Part shown: positions 35,501-49,989 of the stretch, piece by piece | How the letters are laid out: each line of letters starts with the position of its first letter | How positions within the stretch are numbered: the stretch's first letter is position 1 | From: Anthoceros angustus | Lineage: Eukaryota; Plantae; Anthocerotophyta | Length of the DNA stretch: 64,000 bases | NCBI GenBank assembly: GCA_010909165.1 | Contig: MU008151.1 | Location: 620,001 to 684,000, forward strand | Direction: 5' to 3' | Notes under the pieces: model-generated | Told to the model about the DNA's origin: nothing | Seen by the model: only the letters and a program-made list of their open reading frames with translations | The model's database searches: none | Translations under genes and position numbers: made by a program

Positions 35501-37847
35501 TGCAGCAAGCAAACAGCGTGCATTGTTTTCTTTCCAAGTAGCTCACCAGTCTCAACCACCACAAACACCCACATGCGGAGTCAGCAACTCTAATGCTGCA
35601 TGTCTAGCACGCTACACGCTGCATGTCTAGCACCAAGGGTTGTAGGAAAATAGAACAATTAAGCTTCATGTTTAGAGTTATCTATAGCCCATGCAATGTC
35701 ATGACCAAGGAGATTGAATGGCCTATTTGCTATCGAGGATGCATCTTCAGTAATCATCACCGTTGGTAAGATAGCCCCTGCAAGTGCCCTTCGTCACGTC
35801 ACCGTTGGTAAGATAGCCCTTGCAAGTGCTCTTTGAAGCGCAATACATATTCAGTCCCAAAAAAATGTTGTGAAATAGAAGAGAGGTATACGTAGCCCTA
35901 GTTTGTAAGTGTTAAATCTATCAAATCAAATAAACTCTCACTTAAATGAAGTAAGATATTTAGTCTGAAAATGGATAGGAGATTGCTATGAGATACAATA
36001 GAATGACGGAGTAGTGCCACTAGAGTGAATCATTTGATTTATGTTTAATTTAATGTCAATAACTTATGATCTAAGTGATGCTTCCTAGAATTCAACTATT
36101 TCCTGTCATTCAACTTTGAGCAATTTTCTTCGTATTCATGCATTCTCCTCCTAGTCATCTTACGTTTCTCTGCATAGTCATTTCCATTGTTATGACAACA
36201 TTCTTCCTTTGGTCTGTGTCTCGTTGGTTTAGCTTCTTCACTTTCCTATATGTACTCTTGCTTTTTAAGATACTATCACGAAGTTACTATTTGCAAAGCC
36301 TCCATACCAACTATACCCTGCTAACATTTAGGAAAAAGAGATAACTTTCTAGCTCTTTGGATCGCAATTTAAATTCTAATTAATTTGAGTAATCTTGCGC
36401 AAAAGAACTCGCTCAAAAGAGTATAAAGCCTATTGCAGGGTCTACATCAAGTGGCCCATCTCCGAGATAGTGAGAATGAAAGATTTCAATTAGTTTGAGG
36501 GAGAGAATATATCACCATCTTGACAAAAAGCATGGGCCCATCTTAAGAATCTTCGCTCCAATGAAATTCAATGAGTTTGTGATATCCATGTTCACACTTG
36601 CTACGCAGTTTAACCGTAGTTTACAATCCCACAAACTTCCGCCTAGTATGATGATTCAAATATAAAGATTCACCCCAATTGAGCAAAGAGCTGAAATGGA
36701 GACTTTTGCGGTAGCTTTAGAGAAATTATTTTTAGGAAGCTTTAAAAAGTAACTTTTATATTTTTGTTTTGTACTGATAGTTCTCTGTATGATGGTGTTT
36801 ATTGAATAGTCAAATTTCTAAAAAGATCAATAGAACCTTGTCAATCTATAGGAAGTTACAAGGAAACCTGGAGACTTTATTATAAAAAAACAGACGAACG
36901 CCTCCAACAAGTTACATGGAAGTTTCTATACGTTTTTCTAAACATTTCTAATTATAATTTTTCAGTTTTCAAAAGAAATTTTAGGCTAGTTTGATCAATA
37001 CACCCTTAACTAAGAACCATTATCCATGAAAGTCTTCTCACAAAAATCATAAAATTTTCAAATTCATATTTTTTAATTTTTAATAAGTTCCTAACCTAAT
37101 ATAGGCCTTATTTCAACTTTTTGTGCCAAATTCAGCCACGAATGCAATTATTTACTTGGACATAAAAAATAGGGGTAAATTTTTCCAAAATTAATAAGAA
37201 AAGGTAAAAAATATGGAAAAATTAGTAAAACCGGATGGATTGCATTTGCTTAAGGAATTACAATATTTTAAATCGAGAAAAATAATCATTTATTGATCTG
37301 AAGATCATCACTCTTTTCCAGTAATTCAAAGTTTAACGAACAATGTCATACTAGGGTAATGCATAATAAGGTCCCAACAACACATGGAATCAAGCGTAGA
37401 CAATCATCATAAAGCTCTACTCAAAGGACTGGAAGTAGGGAATCAACAACATGAGGACAATCAATACAGCTAGCTAGATGATCCCATCGCAAGAAGCAGG
37501 ATGTGTATCCAATTAACAACTTCCATGATATCAAATACACAGCAACACTACTTGTCTACACAACTCCCTAATTAATTATCAATCCCTCTTCATCATCGCT
37601 GAAATCCACAATTGCAGTTGCAACCTCTGCCAGAACCACAAACACAAACACAAACCTGGAGGTAAGACACTGCAACAAGCGATGATATAAATATCAAAGC
37701 TATCCACAATGACATGCACATGTAGACATAACAAAAAATTAACAATCACAAGGAAATAAGGAAGGAGTAAAATACTACCTACAAGTGTCTGTGTGTTAGG
37801 CTAGCGGGGATTAGATCTAGAACCCAAAGAACAAGTGGAATGCGGAA

Positions 37848-37960
37848 TCGACCAAAGTAAACATACACCAAAACCATACTCCGCCATGTGAACCTCAAAC
37901 AGGTCGACCAAAGTAAACATACACCAAAACCATACTCCGCCATGTGAACCTCAAACAGGT
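37848..37960. repeat. Exact 56-bp tandem duplication
   Basis: tcgaccaaagtaaacatacacc..caaacagg at 37848 and 37904. Confidence 0.9.
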
Positions 37961-39584
37961 CTGTGAAATGCCATATGGCATTCAGCTCCAGCTCACTCCA
38001 AGGATTGTCTTCCAACAAGTTTAGTCGAACTTGCAATATCTCATAGGCCCTCTCAGCGAGACGCTCTATGCATTTCACATACTTCATTGATAGCTTCAAG
38101 ATACTACGCAATGTACAATGGTTAAACGGCAGCGAATCCCATGCGGTCATACGTCTCCATTTCTTACAATGTCTCTCCACAGTCTCGAGGGAAGGCTGAT
38201 AGGGCCGACCCATCCCTCACAACACGGCCATGCAATAGGCACGAAATCCTCAAGAAAAGAATGAAACTAGGCACAAATGGGAAAACCTCCTATGCTCGGA
38301 CGCCAACTCCAAGGACCAGAGTAAGATACAATGGCGTAGGATGTGGATAATAGGTTATAAAAATTGACTTTCATCTTGACATTTTGAACCAATTTGAAAT
38401 GAACTCATAGATAATCTGCTTCTACAATGATATATGAGAAACTTAGATAATGTAGCTCGTGACATTTGATTTCTGTCTCGGGGTATTGAACCTATTTGAA
38501 ATGAAGTCCTAGACCAAAGGGTAGGAGGAACGCACTGTTTTCGATAACCGGAGAAAGGTAGTGAGGCGTTTGGTTTGTTAGTTTGGAACTTCTCTAGCTT
38601 ATAGATTTTATTTAATATCTCTCACAATTCTTTGACTCTAGGTTTGTCTTTTCAAACTTCTAATTATACTTTTTTTGCATCTTGCATCGCAAAATGAGAT
38701 AAAGGAATGACAATGGAAATGAATTACACTCATGAGGTTAAGTTTGGGTTAATATCATTTATAATAAGTGTGGATATAAAGTCTGATTAGATTAGTAAGT
38801 TAAATCTTTTACTCAATCGTTATTTTAATAACTTATTCTGATTTTTATAAAAATATTTTATTTATAAAATTATATACTCATTCACTAAAAAAATGCAAGA
38901 CAACAATAGATTGTATTAAAATAAAACAACGAAACACTAGATTTCAACACCAATTTGAATCATAACAAGATAACACTAGATTGCAACACTTGATGTTTAT
39001 TGAGACTACCTGTAATCTAAAGCTGTAATTAATTATATCCATCACAATATGGAGCCCCATGTCAAACTTTATGTGATCTAGATGTTAGAAGCCTGCTCGG
39101 ATACCTAAAAGATTTTGTTAACGAAAATAATAACCACTAGTGCTAGGTCGACTTGTACTGACTAACGATTGATCCAACGATTCAACTTGTCGAATCTTAT
39201 CAGGTTTTATATCCATCCGAAATTAGCCCATGAGGCAGAACGAATATGGATGTGGATATTCGGGAACGCCAAACCGCAGGGATTTGCCTACAAGATCAAT
39301 GGATCCACCGGGTCATTCGTCAACGCACCGCTGGAAATACCGCAGGCAAGTATTCGCAACAGAAGTGGCGAGTTCATCTTATGACAGAACTCGAAAGAGC
39401 AAAACCCACAATACTTCACATAAGCCATCACGCTTCAAATACTCAGGTGCCAGTGTTTCAACCTCGACGGAGCTGCTGCTAAGTTCGCAATAACTAAGTT
39501 CTCAACAGAGACACTATATAAGACCTACTGCAGCTAAGAAGCGCGAGCCTCAGCAAGCTGAAAAATTTGCTAACGTACAGCCGT

Positions 39585-41118
39585 TTACAGGAGATCGGCC
39601 ACATTGGAAGGCAACTCCTCAATTACAGTGTTGTAGAACCTTTGGATGTCCTGCAACATCCGCTCGTCCTCCTTGGTGACAAAATTGATGGCCACTCCTT
39701 TCCTTCCAAACCGACCACTGCGGCCAATGCGGTGGAGGTAGTTCTCCGGCTGTGTCGGCAGATCATAATTGATCACCAGAGACACCTGCTGCACATCAAT
39801 GCCCCGGGCCAGCAAATCTGTGGTGATGAGCACACGGGATGAGCCTGAGCGAAATTCCCTCATAATGATGTCCCGCGTGTTTTGGTCCATGTCTCCGTGG
39901 GTGGCAGACACAGTGTGGTCACGCGCCCTCATCTTGTCCGTCAACCAATCCACCTTTCTCCTCGTGTTGATAAATATGACACTCTGAGTGATGGCCAGAG
40001 TCTCGTACAGGTCACACAAGGTGTCCAACTTCCACTCCTCCCTATCGACATTCACATAAAACTGCTTGATACCCTCGAGAGTAAGCTCATCCCTTTTCAC
40101 AAGGATCTTCACAGGCTTGTTCATAAACTTTCTAGTAATCTCCAGGGCCTCCGGTGGCATGGTTGCAGAGAAAACTCCAACCTGGAGTTTCTGAGGGAGA
40201 AGCTGGAAGATATCATAAATCTGTCACACAGAACATTCAGCAACATCAGAAGATATCCCCAGACCGCATTTCTCAGAACATTCAGGCAGAAACCATGAAG
40301 CACAGATGCACTTACCTGATCCTTAAATCCACGAGACAGCATCTCGTCGGCCTCGTCCAGCACAAAGCACTTGATAGAGTCAGGGCGCAGGGCATGACGC
40401 CTGAGCATGTCATAAACACGCCCTGGCGTTCCCACGACCACATGAACTCCGCTTTGGAGGATACGCTGATCCTCACGAACGCTAGTCCCTCCCACACAGG
40501 CGTGCACTTTCACCGAGAGGTAGTCCCCCAGGGCTCGCATCACCTTCTCAATCTGCTGCGCAAGCTCGCGGGTAGGCGCAAGCACCAAAGCCTGACACTC
40601 AAGCAAACCATACTCCAGCTGCTGCAAAATACCGGAGCAGAAAGTGGCAGTCTTTCCCGTTCCAGACTGCGCCTGCTGAATGACATCAAGACCCTTGCAG
40701 AAGGGCACAATTCCTCGTTGTTGGATAGCTGAAGGCTTCTCAAAACCTGAAACAGTTAACCTTGAGTTAATCATTACAGGTACAAGGGAGCCTACTGACA
40801 ACTCCGAGCCCACGCACTGTGAAACCCTATCCGTACCGTAAGCATAGATTCCCCTCAGCAAATTCTCATGGAGACCCATGGCATCAAAGGTCTCGTGAAC
40901 CTCATCCCAGGTAGATATGAAGTCATCTCCTTCCTGGTTCAAACTGCAGAAAAGCAAGGGGACGACGAAAGGCCAGACCCTCAGCTTTATCAACGGAAAG
41001 CACAACCAAAGTACGGCAAAACACTATCCAGGTCCAATTCGAAGGTTTACATCGAGTCCATGCGAGCGTCATACTGGCGCGCATCAAAAGCGGAACCCTC
41101 GGGTGCCAAACCAGCCAT
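39585..41118 (-). CDS. EIF4A: Eukaryotic translation initiation factor 4A (DEAD-box helicase), 413 aa, 4 exons
   Basis: Exons 41051-41118, 40837-40943, 40316-40746 and 39585-40220 have GT-AG borders and total 1242 nt. Motifs: [40 protein letters not shown] and [13 protein letters not shown]. Confidence 0.98.
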
Positions 41119-42120
41119 TCTCTGCACAACATCCCACAGATCAGCAGCCTAGATCAACAAGGGAAGCAAAATCATTAAGAGCCGACTCCTGAAAGCAAGA
41201 ATACAATAAGGCAGAGGCAAGCAAAGCACGGCACCGGCGGATCTAGCAACCCTTCCACCCTCGAAGAGGAACAAATGAAGCAAGAAAGGACAAGCCCCAG
41301 GCATCGGGGCAGCGAAGAGAACAAGAGGCCTCAGCGGCCGGCAGGCAAGAACAAGGGCGGTGTGAGAGATCAGATCCGGCAGCACAGCAAGCGCGGCGTA
41401 CGCACACCGCCAGCTGAGCCGCGGAAGCACACACAGTGACAAGCCGAAAGCAGCGGCAAAGGGACCAACACAAACAGCAACACACCTGTAGGCGGAAGGG
41501 TGCACGAGGACGGGGTTGCAGAGGCGAGCGAGGTCGACGTCGGCGGCGCTCAAAGGAAGCCCAGCAGCTGCTCCGGAGAGCAGTCTGTGTGAAAGTTGAG
41601 TGACAGGAAAGAAGTCATATTTGTATGTAGATATAAGCTAGGGCTCTCGGTGTTCGGCTCCTCATGACCTAAAATGCTTTCCCCCAGGCCTCCCGCCCAA
41701 TTTTTTCTATCTTGGGGGCCCAGCCTCGGCACCAGCCAGCCCGAGCCTTCCCAAGCCTCGTCCTGAGGCTTCCGCACCAAAGGTTCGGGATTAGGGCTGT
41801 CCACCCATAGCAAGATATTTCTCTACGAGGGTTTCACCTCGAACACGGAATTATCAATACGTACTCTCCATATATGTCCCATGTCTCCCTGACGGTCTAA
41901 GACGTTCTAGGCGCTGTAGCACCTCCCACCGCTGGACCCAGGTAGGGTATGTTCGCAGACAAGATAGGCGAGTAGTACCTACCTAAACTGAACATGGACT
42001 AAGTACCCACCTCGAAAAGCAGCAGAATTTCGTTACTTTCGTATCAATTTCTGCTGCCGTTTTTCTGGCGAAACAATTTCTGCTGCCGTTTTTCTGGCGA
42101 AACAATTTCTGCTGCCTGTC

Positions 42121-44976
42121 TTAAGGCCTCCATTTCTGCTTCTGGCCCGTCAACAGCTTGTCCCTGCCGTAAGGTCCGCTCTCTGTATCCCACAGGCGAG
42201 TCTTCCACTTCATTGACTGCGCCATCACTTCCACTTGTTCTGCCACAAGCTTGGGTTCGCGGATGAGGACCCAGCCGCCGGGTCGCAGAAAGCGGTCCAT
42301 TTCCACCAGAATATGTGCGATGTTACACCTGTTCCAGAGTCCCATCATCAGTGCTAGATGACTGGAGCAATGCTGAGCATGCTATGGCAAGACAGCCTAC
42401 CTCTTCTGCTCGCTGGAAAAAAGCCCCACAGCGTGCATCAAGTCATAAGTTCGAGGGTAGGTGTCAAATGGTTCGCACCTGCAACTTCGGGTGTCAGACT
42501 AGGCTTCCAAGGTACATAACATGTAAAGACTATAAGGGGTAGCATCTGGGTAACCACTGACCAGTCGTGTGCGACACCGATGAGGCCACGGTCATAGATG
42601 ATCGGCAAGGTGTTGGGCCCACTGATAGGTACCACGTTCATTACCCACCAATTCACCTTTTGATTGATGAGCGCTGCGGCAAATCTGGTGGCATCATGCG
42701 AAACCAGTCCAAACCACCAACATTATTAGAAAGGCACGGCTTCAAGCTGAAAAACATTTCATGGCTGAACAGTAAACTTTTACACATACCCTCCATATCC
42801 TGCATTCATGTCCATTACGTTTCGCACTCTGTCCTTCTTTATCCCGAGGCCACGCAAGTAGCCTTCAACAATAGCGTGCCAGTAACGCTGGTCAGCGGAG
42901 AACACCTCCTGCCTTGCTGCGCTAGCATCCATAGGCACCATTTGTAATCTGTCAGGAGGATGTGACAACCGCGCTGGCCAGTCAGTCAGATTTTGTCCCC
43001 AGGTATTACTGGGGATTGGAGTAACACATGCCTTCAATGGGGAATACCTGAAGTTAAAATTGGAGAGTCAGAAATTCGAAGGACAGGCAAATATTGACCA
43101 TGGTCATGACGGGACGACTTATCAGCCAAAAAAATCGCAAGAAGCAAATTTACCATACGAGGTTTGGATCTTCTTCTGAACTGCAAATAGGAGGAGTTGC
43201 ATTGACCCTCTGCTCAAGACAAACATTATCTTGAGGCTTGCGCCAGATTGCTAAGTAGTGTTGCTTTGCTACAAGCTTCCAGCAAATGGATTGAGCTAGA
43301 CTGGACATATCTGCAGTTATCGATATCAGTAAAGATAATTAAGCGAGTACTTGTGTACAAATCCAGCAGAGACAGAGACAAGAACCACTAATGCACGAAG
43401 AAGGACCCTTGCCAGAGTCAAACTAGACAGAGAAAGATGCATGCATGACATGTCTGGTTCCGCTAAAGCCTCATACCCTCCCAAGCTTGTTGAAGTTCTT
43501 CTCCTTGTTTATATACAGGTCGAGAAGCCCATGCAAAGTAGCCTCCGGGCCTGAGCAGCCGATCTACTTCAAGCAGCAAAATCCCTCCTGAACACACGAT
43601 CCACAGCACGACCAGATGAGTTAACCACAAAACGTAAAAGCCGGGACCAAATAAATCTGGGAAATTCTCACGAAGCACCTACAGTTCAAAGAACCTTTTG
43701 GTCAGTCACCAGAGGAAGCACGAGTGTTATAAGGGGACTGACCACAACATTCCAATACCAAAATCACTTCAATCGACTGTCATGATGCTTCAGACAATAC
43801 CATCACGGGTCCAATCAATTCGGCACCGTGAACAGTGGATGAGCTCAAATGCATGGCTTGGGTATGGCAAGCGGTGAGTTGCCAAGACTGCAAGCATAGC
43901 TGGAATGCCACGCTCCAGCGCAAACTGTATCTGATTTTCATGGACGTCCTTGGGAGCAACAGACATGGTCAGTACATTGCGGGAGAGAAGGTATCCACCC
44001 CAACTTGCAACTCCACAACCTACGTCCAAGGCCACTCGAGTCCGGACACCAAAGGCAAGATCAGGAACCATCTACAGGAATCACAAAAAAACAAACTGAT
44101 CAGTTGAAACAGTATCCCATGCAATGGCCAAACTCAAATACGGATCGCGGCTACAACGTACATTAGCCATTTCATCCAAATACTCATCAGCACCATGTGC
44201 AAACTGAGTTCCACCACCAGGAAACACAAATTTATCTTTGTCCATTGCGATCCAGTTCTGTCCTCCTTTGTCAGCTACCAAGCGCGCATGGGGCACGTTA
44301 CTGAACAATACCTGCGCACCACTCGCCGTGAGCAGCATGCAAGGTGCAATACAAACCATGACACCAGACCCCCCCAAAAAAAGGCAGGAAAAATACTACA
44401 GCACACCTGATCTCTGCTCCGAGGCCAAGGGATCGGAGTCTTCCAGGCCTCAGGAGCTGCAATAAGACAGCACATGCGCGAAAGTTTGGACAAGGGACAG
44501 TGCCGTTCATACTGCTCCCCTCGTGCTGTAGAAGGAAGACTTGCGATGGCTTGGGCATTGTCAAGACAAGGAACATACTCCTTCCACTTGGGAGGACATG
44601 TATCAAACTTGTGGTGCCTCGTCTTCGGCCTAGAATTCTTTGGTGGAGCATCGGAAACCAGGCTGGACGATTCCTCCTCCACAAAATCCTCCAACGCCTC
44701 AGCGCTGTCAGCCAAAAACTGATCATCGATGCCACCGTCCTCCTTGAGGAGGCCGACGAAAACAAGCGAGCCAGGAGATGAAGTGTGCGGCCCCAGCCCC
44801 GTGAGTTCCACCGCGCGCAGCAAGATGTGGTGGTGTCTGGGAGCTGCATGTGTCCGAATTGAGCTGCTGGCTATGGCAGACCGCCTGCTAACATACACAC
44901 ACAGACAAGCAAGAAAGAAGAAGAAAACAAGGACATGGCGCAGAATCTCTCCGCTGGCCTTCATTTTGAATCGCAT
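42121..44976 (-). CDS. Probable pectin methyltransferase (Methyltransf_29, PMT10/11/12-like), multi-exon
   Basis: N-terminal TM anchor, [77 protein letters not shown] and [10 protein letters not shown]. The start is ATG 44976 or 44964. Confidence 0.93.
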
Positions 44977-45285
44977 CTCATATCTGAGCGATGGAATTGC
45001 ACATCTGCCTTCTCTGGCGCTCGCGCTCGCGCTCGAACATCCAGCCCGATGAGCCGATGAGCCGGGGCCGGCAAAAAGAAAATCCAGAAGCCCGGAATGG
45101 TAATAGGTGGACTATGTAAACGCGTTCGGGAGTTTTTCAGACCCGAAGCCAGGGGGAAAGAAGAAGGGAGAAACCCTTTAGTTTCGTCTCCTCTGTTAGG
45201 CTTTTTGGTCGCGTCGCGGCGTCTGCTTCCTGTGCTTCTTTGGCTTTTGCCTGGAGCGCTTGCAAGCTACAAGCACGCCGCAGCG

Positions 45286-45672
45286 ATGGCTATGGAGGCA
45301 GTGAACCCGAAGGCTTACCCGCTGGCGGACGGGCAGCTCACCATCACCATCTACGACATCGTGCAACAGGCGGCTAATTACAAGCAGCTGAAGAAAGGAG
45401 CGAACGAGGCGACCAAGACTTTGAACCGAGGCATCGCAGAGTTCGTGGTGATGGCAGCCGACACGGAGCCACTGGAGATTCTGTTGCACCTGCCGCTGCT
45501 GGCCGAGGACAAGAACGTGCCTTACGTGTTCGTGCCGTCGAAACAGGCGCTCGGCCGGGCTTGCGGCGTCTCCAGGCCCGTCATTGCCTGCTCCGTCACC
45601 ACCAACGAAGGGAGCCAGTTGAAGTCCCAAGTGCAGGGGCTCAAGGACGCCATCGAGAAGCTGCTCATCTGA
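45286..45672 (+). CDS. SNU13: SNU13/NHP2-like protein 1 (15.5K, L7Ae family), 128 aa, intronless
   Basis: [73 protein letters not shown]. Confidence 0.97.
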   Translation: MAMEAVNPKAYPLADGQLTITIYDIVQQAANYKQLKKGANEATKTLNRGIAEFVVMAADTEPLEILLHLPLLAEDKNVPYVFVPSKQALGRACGVSRPVIACSVTTNEGSQLKSQVQGLKDAIEKLLI

Positions 45673-46506
45673 TTGTTGTTGTGAGTGAGCCAGCCAGCCT
45701 CAGGCTAGTCTGCCAGGCCAAGTTTTGTTGCTGTCTTGTTTGCTCGCTCTTGGCAGACGGACAGGCGGAGTTGAGTTCGCAGGCATCACTGATGAGATGG
45801 TCATGTGGTTGGACGAGGAGGATAGGATGGATGGTTTTGGTTTCCTCTTGTGACTCGTTCATTCAGCCCGATATCATGACTGTTGAGGTAGGCAGCGGCA
45901 GGGGCACTTGGATCCTCTATTACCTTGGTTTCAGCTTCCTTGGTTGCTGCTACTGCCAGCTTGCCCTCTGAGGGAGGGACGGAGGGATGGTCACGACACT
46001 CTGGTTTCGTATTCTAGCTCAAAGTTGTAGTTCTTCTAGTTCTAGTTCGGATTGCTTTTCTTGTCAACCAGGTTGCTGAGGCCTCTGCTTGCCCTGCCAA
46101 TCCTGCCTCTTTGTCTTCATAAGTTAAATCGGCCATCCGCTCCTCTTGTTCGTCCTTTGTTTGTCCTTTGTTTTTGAATGTGTAGCACGTTCTGTGACGG
46201 TCGCGAAAGGCATTAGGATATGATTTTGTGTTGCAACGGCGGCGGTGTCTTTTAGCTAGGAAGGGAATCAAACGCGCGTCACAAGGATCTCACACGAGCG
46301 GAAGGAGGTACTCTGGGATGCACTCTTCCCGACAACGCCACGCGTGTACTTGATATTACATACAAATGATGCGAACGAACTGTCATCTTAGAAAAATTGG
46401 GCAGGCAGTTGCAAGACCTAACCAGCCTTGAATGCCATAGGTAATCAATGGCAAGGGTCATTCATTTCTAACCCCTGCGGTATACATACATATGTCAAAG
46501 GGTGTC

Positions 46507-48086
46507 CTAAAGGATCAAGAGCAGAATTACCACGAAGACTACCAGTACGCCTAAGATCTTTAAGATCAACCACCGATTCGAACTTATGGAATTGAAATAC
46601 TTGAGCAAGGCTCCCTGAGCCCCTTCCACGTTTGCCAGTGTCTCATCCATGTTCTCATCAATTCTGCAGAAATACGGAAAAGAGACCGTATCAGTCACCG
46701 GGAAGTGGTACCACACATGTTTACACTTCAGGACAAGGATCCATAACACATCCAAGTGACCCACACGAATGTGGCAGCATGGAAGCAACAAAGGATGAAG
46801 CAATTGCACAAATGGCAGAGACCTGATTGCCATTTCCCCTTGTTCCGCAACCATGGTTGCTAGTTGTGTGAAGATGTTGCTGAGTTCATGGATGGTCGAC
46901 TCCACATTCTGAAGAGCCTCAGCCCTGTTTTGCATGTAGCTATCCTGAGCCACTGCCAACTGCTGTTGCTGCAATTGCCCTTGCGATGCCCTTGGGGATG
47001 AAGAGGCCTCGACTGCTGGCCGCCGTCTGATTAAGCTACAGAAATCAGATCCACAAACTAAGCACCCCTACCTACTACCATTCAACAGCTCAGTAAACAG
47101 AACAGGTATCTCGAAAAGAGAAGGAACTGCCAAAACGTTACCTTGAAGCAGTAATCTCTTTGGCATTAAAAAGTCGAGGACCCGATGCTGTACCATTTTC
47201 CCAAGGAGCAGGAGAGGCACTACTTGAGCTGGCCATGCCATTTGCAAGACCAAGAGGCTTCTGGCGGGCGAAGGGGTTCCCACCAGCTTGTGAAGATGTT
47301 GCCGAAAACAACTGCCGCCTGTTTTCATGCACTTTTAGATTCTGCAGTTCCCAACAGATCATTCAGACGTTACTAATCGGTACAACGATATATATCCTTG
47401 CACCTCTGCTTCCAAGGTTTTAAAAATTAAAGGCTAACCTCTGTCCTCATGGTAAGAACATCCTTGAACTCCTTAGTTGTACTCATCAGTTTGCTTTTCA
47501 AAGAATCAACTACTGTAGTCGAATGCTCCGAACCTTGTCTAGATTGACTCCCAGAATCATTTCTGCTATCACACAGCTCTTGCAAATCGGAAATTGCAGC
47601 ATTTAGGGCAGTGATGTCCTGCTTGATCACAGCTGTGAGCTCTTGAATTTCCATAGCAGGATCGTCGAACATAGAAGTCCTTTTTGCCACTGCAAGTTAC
47701 TGCAAGGACAGTCAGCAACAAGCTATACATCCCGTAGACCACCTAACCAACAAGGCACACGAGTTGCTAGACCCAAGCTGCAGCAAGAGGCATCCGGAAC
47801 TCCACTTACGCTTGGCTAGCTTGGACAGCTTCACCGAGGTCTGATGGATGCTCAAACCAATCCGTGACGCCTTAGCGCTAAATTCAGACTGCATTGATGC
47901 GGAAGCCTGCGGTCCCGCCAAAAGGGGGGCCGAAGCTTCTGTGGATCCATTTGATGAATAGTGGTAAGAATTCGTAGCAGATCCGGAGGGGCCTTGATTT
48001 TTCCGCAATATCTCAGCCACGGAATGCAGTTCAGCTGTTCGGTCCCTGTAAGAGGAGGGCGGCGCGGAGCTTAAGGAAACCGGCAT
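46507..48086 (-). CDS. SYP32: Golgi Qa-SNARE syntaxin of the SYP3 (Sed5/syntaxin-5) clade, 365 aa, 5 exons
   Basis: Exons 47810-48086, 47439-47689, 47142-47341, 46823-47035 and 46507-46663 total 1098 nt. Motifs: YRDRT.E, LAKRTSMFDDP..EIQELT..IKQDI, VESTIHELSNIFTQLA.MVAEQGE.AIRIDEN and a C-terminal TM. SYP31 vs SYP32 is not resolved. Confidence 0.93.
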
Positions 48087-48799
48087 CCTTCAGATCTAAA
48101 CTGGCTCCAACTCTTGTGGTATGCACTCCGCCGCCTCCGCCTCCTGCTCGCCCGAGTTGCCTATTCAAGAGAAGTTAGGAGCGGGTGTGCAAAGAAGAGC
48201 ACTTGATGAACCTTGAGGAGCACAGAAACAGGGGCTTGGCCACGCCTCTCCGCACATCCACCAAACCTAGCTAACAAGGCATCACGCCTGCCTCAAGCGC
48301 TCCTTCCTGCACCAACACCAGTGGGAAGCAGCAGATCGGAGGTAGCACAGCAGGCTGAAGGCGCATGCAGTGTCAGCCGAGAAGCGCTACATATGCAGAT
48401 AGCTGCCGCGCCACGGCACACCGAGAATTGTCACATTCACCGAACACGGCAGCTGCTGGCTGCTCTGAGGGCTGCTCAGAATCCACTTCCTCTGCCCCAA
48501 ATCGTTGCAGCTAATGAATCAAAGTCTTCTTTCACGATGCGAAGTCTACGTCGCGCCGTGCCTCATGCTCCAGGGAGAACAGCGGGAACACCTGACCAGT
48601 GTTGAGACATTCAATAACCAGAGACACCGGGTGCCCAGCGCATCACGCGTATAGGTAGATGCGACGCAAAATCCTTAACAAGACACCCTTTACAAGACAC
48701 CCTAAACCAAGCAATATGGGTTTGAAGGTTTTGGTTTGAGGGAATTAAATACGTATTTAAAATAATCCTTCGTACCTAATAAAATATAAGTATAGTAAA

Positions 48800-49553
48800 T
48801 AGTATATTCTTCTTATCATGCCAAAGAAGAGACATTAAAGACTTTGTAGAAGAGAAGAGATGGTAAAATCCATCTATCCCGAGCCGATTAGGAACAACGC
48901 ATAGGCCAAGGGCCATGGGGGCTAGCACCCTCAATGTCTAACCCGAAACTACCAACTGCCCCAAGTATGTCGTGGTCAGAAATAAGGAAAGACCGGTGCC
49001 GCTGATGCCACGTCTCCCACGCCCGTTGCCATCCTGTAAACAATGTTGGCCAACGCCCTCTACAGGGCGATGGAAACCGCTGTCAAAAGAAAGCCACCAC
49101 GGAGGAAAGGGGGAGACCCACCCCGTTCCGTTGACCCTGATACGCTTTAGCACAATCCTTTATGAGCCGTCCTAAATCCTTGCCCATGGCTCTGTTGGTC
49201 TTGATGGCGAGAGAGATGAAGGCATGGGCGTCCTACATAGGCGTGTACTTGTGTACTTTGAAAGCCGCGCAACTCTCCGTCGCCCAACCCAAAGGGTTGG
49301 TAATCACGTCCTCACAAACGATGTCCTGGATAAGGTCCATTACGACGACATCCGCAACATAGATTTGATCCCCCCTGGTTAGAAATAGATCCGCCCTGGG
49401 TGACACGCCATTGCACAGGGTGTATGGGCGCTTCCCGTGCAGAAGAAATCCGCTCTCCTTGGCCATGGAGAATATGACATCGCGAATGGCATCATGCATA
49501 GTGATACACTGCCCTCTAGTTGGATAGCGAGCCAAGTGGAATCCTAGAATCAA
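48800..49553 (-). mobile_element. CRE-type non-LTR retrotransposon 3' end (RLE domain), 5'-truncated
   Basis: GFHLARYPTRGQCITMHDAIRDV..KESG..RADL..YVADVVV..AAFKVHKY..HAFISLAI.T..AMGK..FF*QR, matching the zinc-knuckle remnant plus PD-(D/E)xK endonuclease layout. Confidence 0.75.
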
Positions 49554-49989
49554 AGTACCCTAGTACATAGTTATGTAGTCGATTAGGTTAATTAGTGTGC
49601 AAACGTCTTAAACACATATTTTTGGCGGTAGCGCAAACAAAACGAAGCATTGGGTAGTACTAATGGACACCGAACACCATTTTTTTGAATGTGGAAAATA
49701 AAAGTTCATGCACCCTTCCTTTTTTGGTAAGAATCGATAGCAACTTGATTGAAACTGAACCAAAATGAACCAAAGATGCCTGCAAGTATTTCTTTTTTAT
49801 TTTAGAAACTAACTTGGGATAAATAGGAATGCAAGATAGGATCATAGAATTTCATATGTAGAATGTAGGTTTTCCAAGTAAATGTAGGGACCATACTGTA
49901 GATAGCTGCTAGTAAGTGTCGGTAGGCGGATATACCACGTAGGTGTGAGACGTCGTGAACCTATGGGCGAGCGAGCGTCGGGAGCAGAG

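Noticed and set aside
40121-41005. 294-aa ORF as the eIF4A N-terminus
   Set aside because: It reads through introns. The true start is ATG 41118 with GT-AG exons.
42046-42120. 29-bp tandem repeat just 3' of the PMT stop
   Set aside because: It is a simple 2.5-copy local duplication in the 3' UTR with no evident significance.
42121-44976. Link between the PMT methyltransferase and the TE-borne DNA MTase
   Set aside because: PMT is an ordinary Golgi type-II membrane enzyme family, unrelated to DNA amino-MTases and about 38 kb away.
45097-45285. N-terminal extension of SNU13 in the 191-aa ORF
   Set aside because: Family members are about 128 aa, matching ATG 45286. The upstream part is promoter/UTR.
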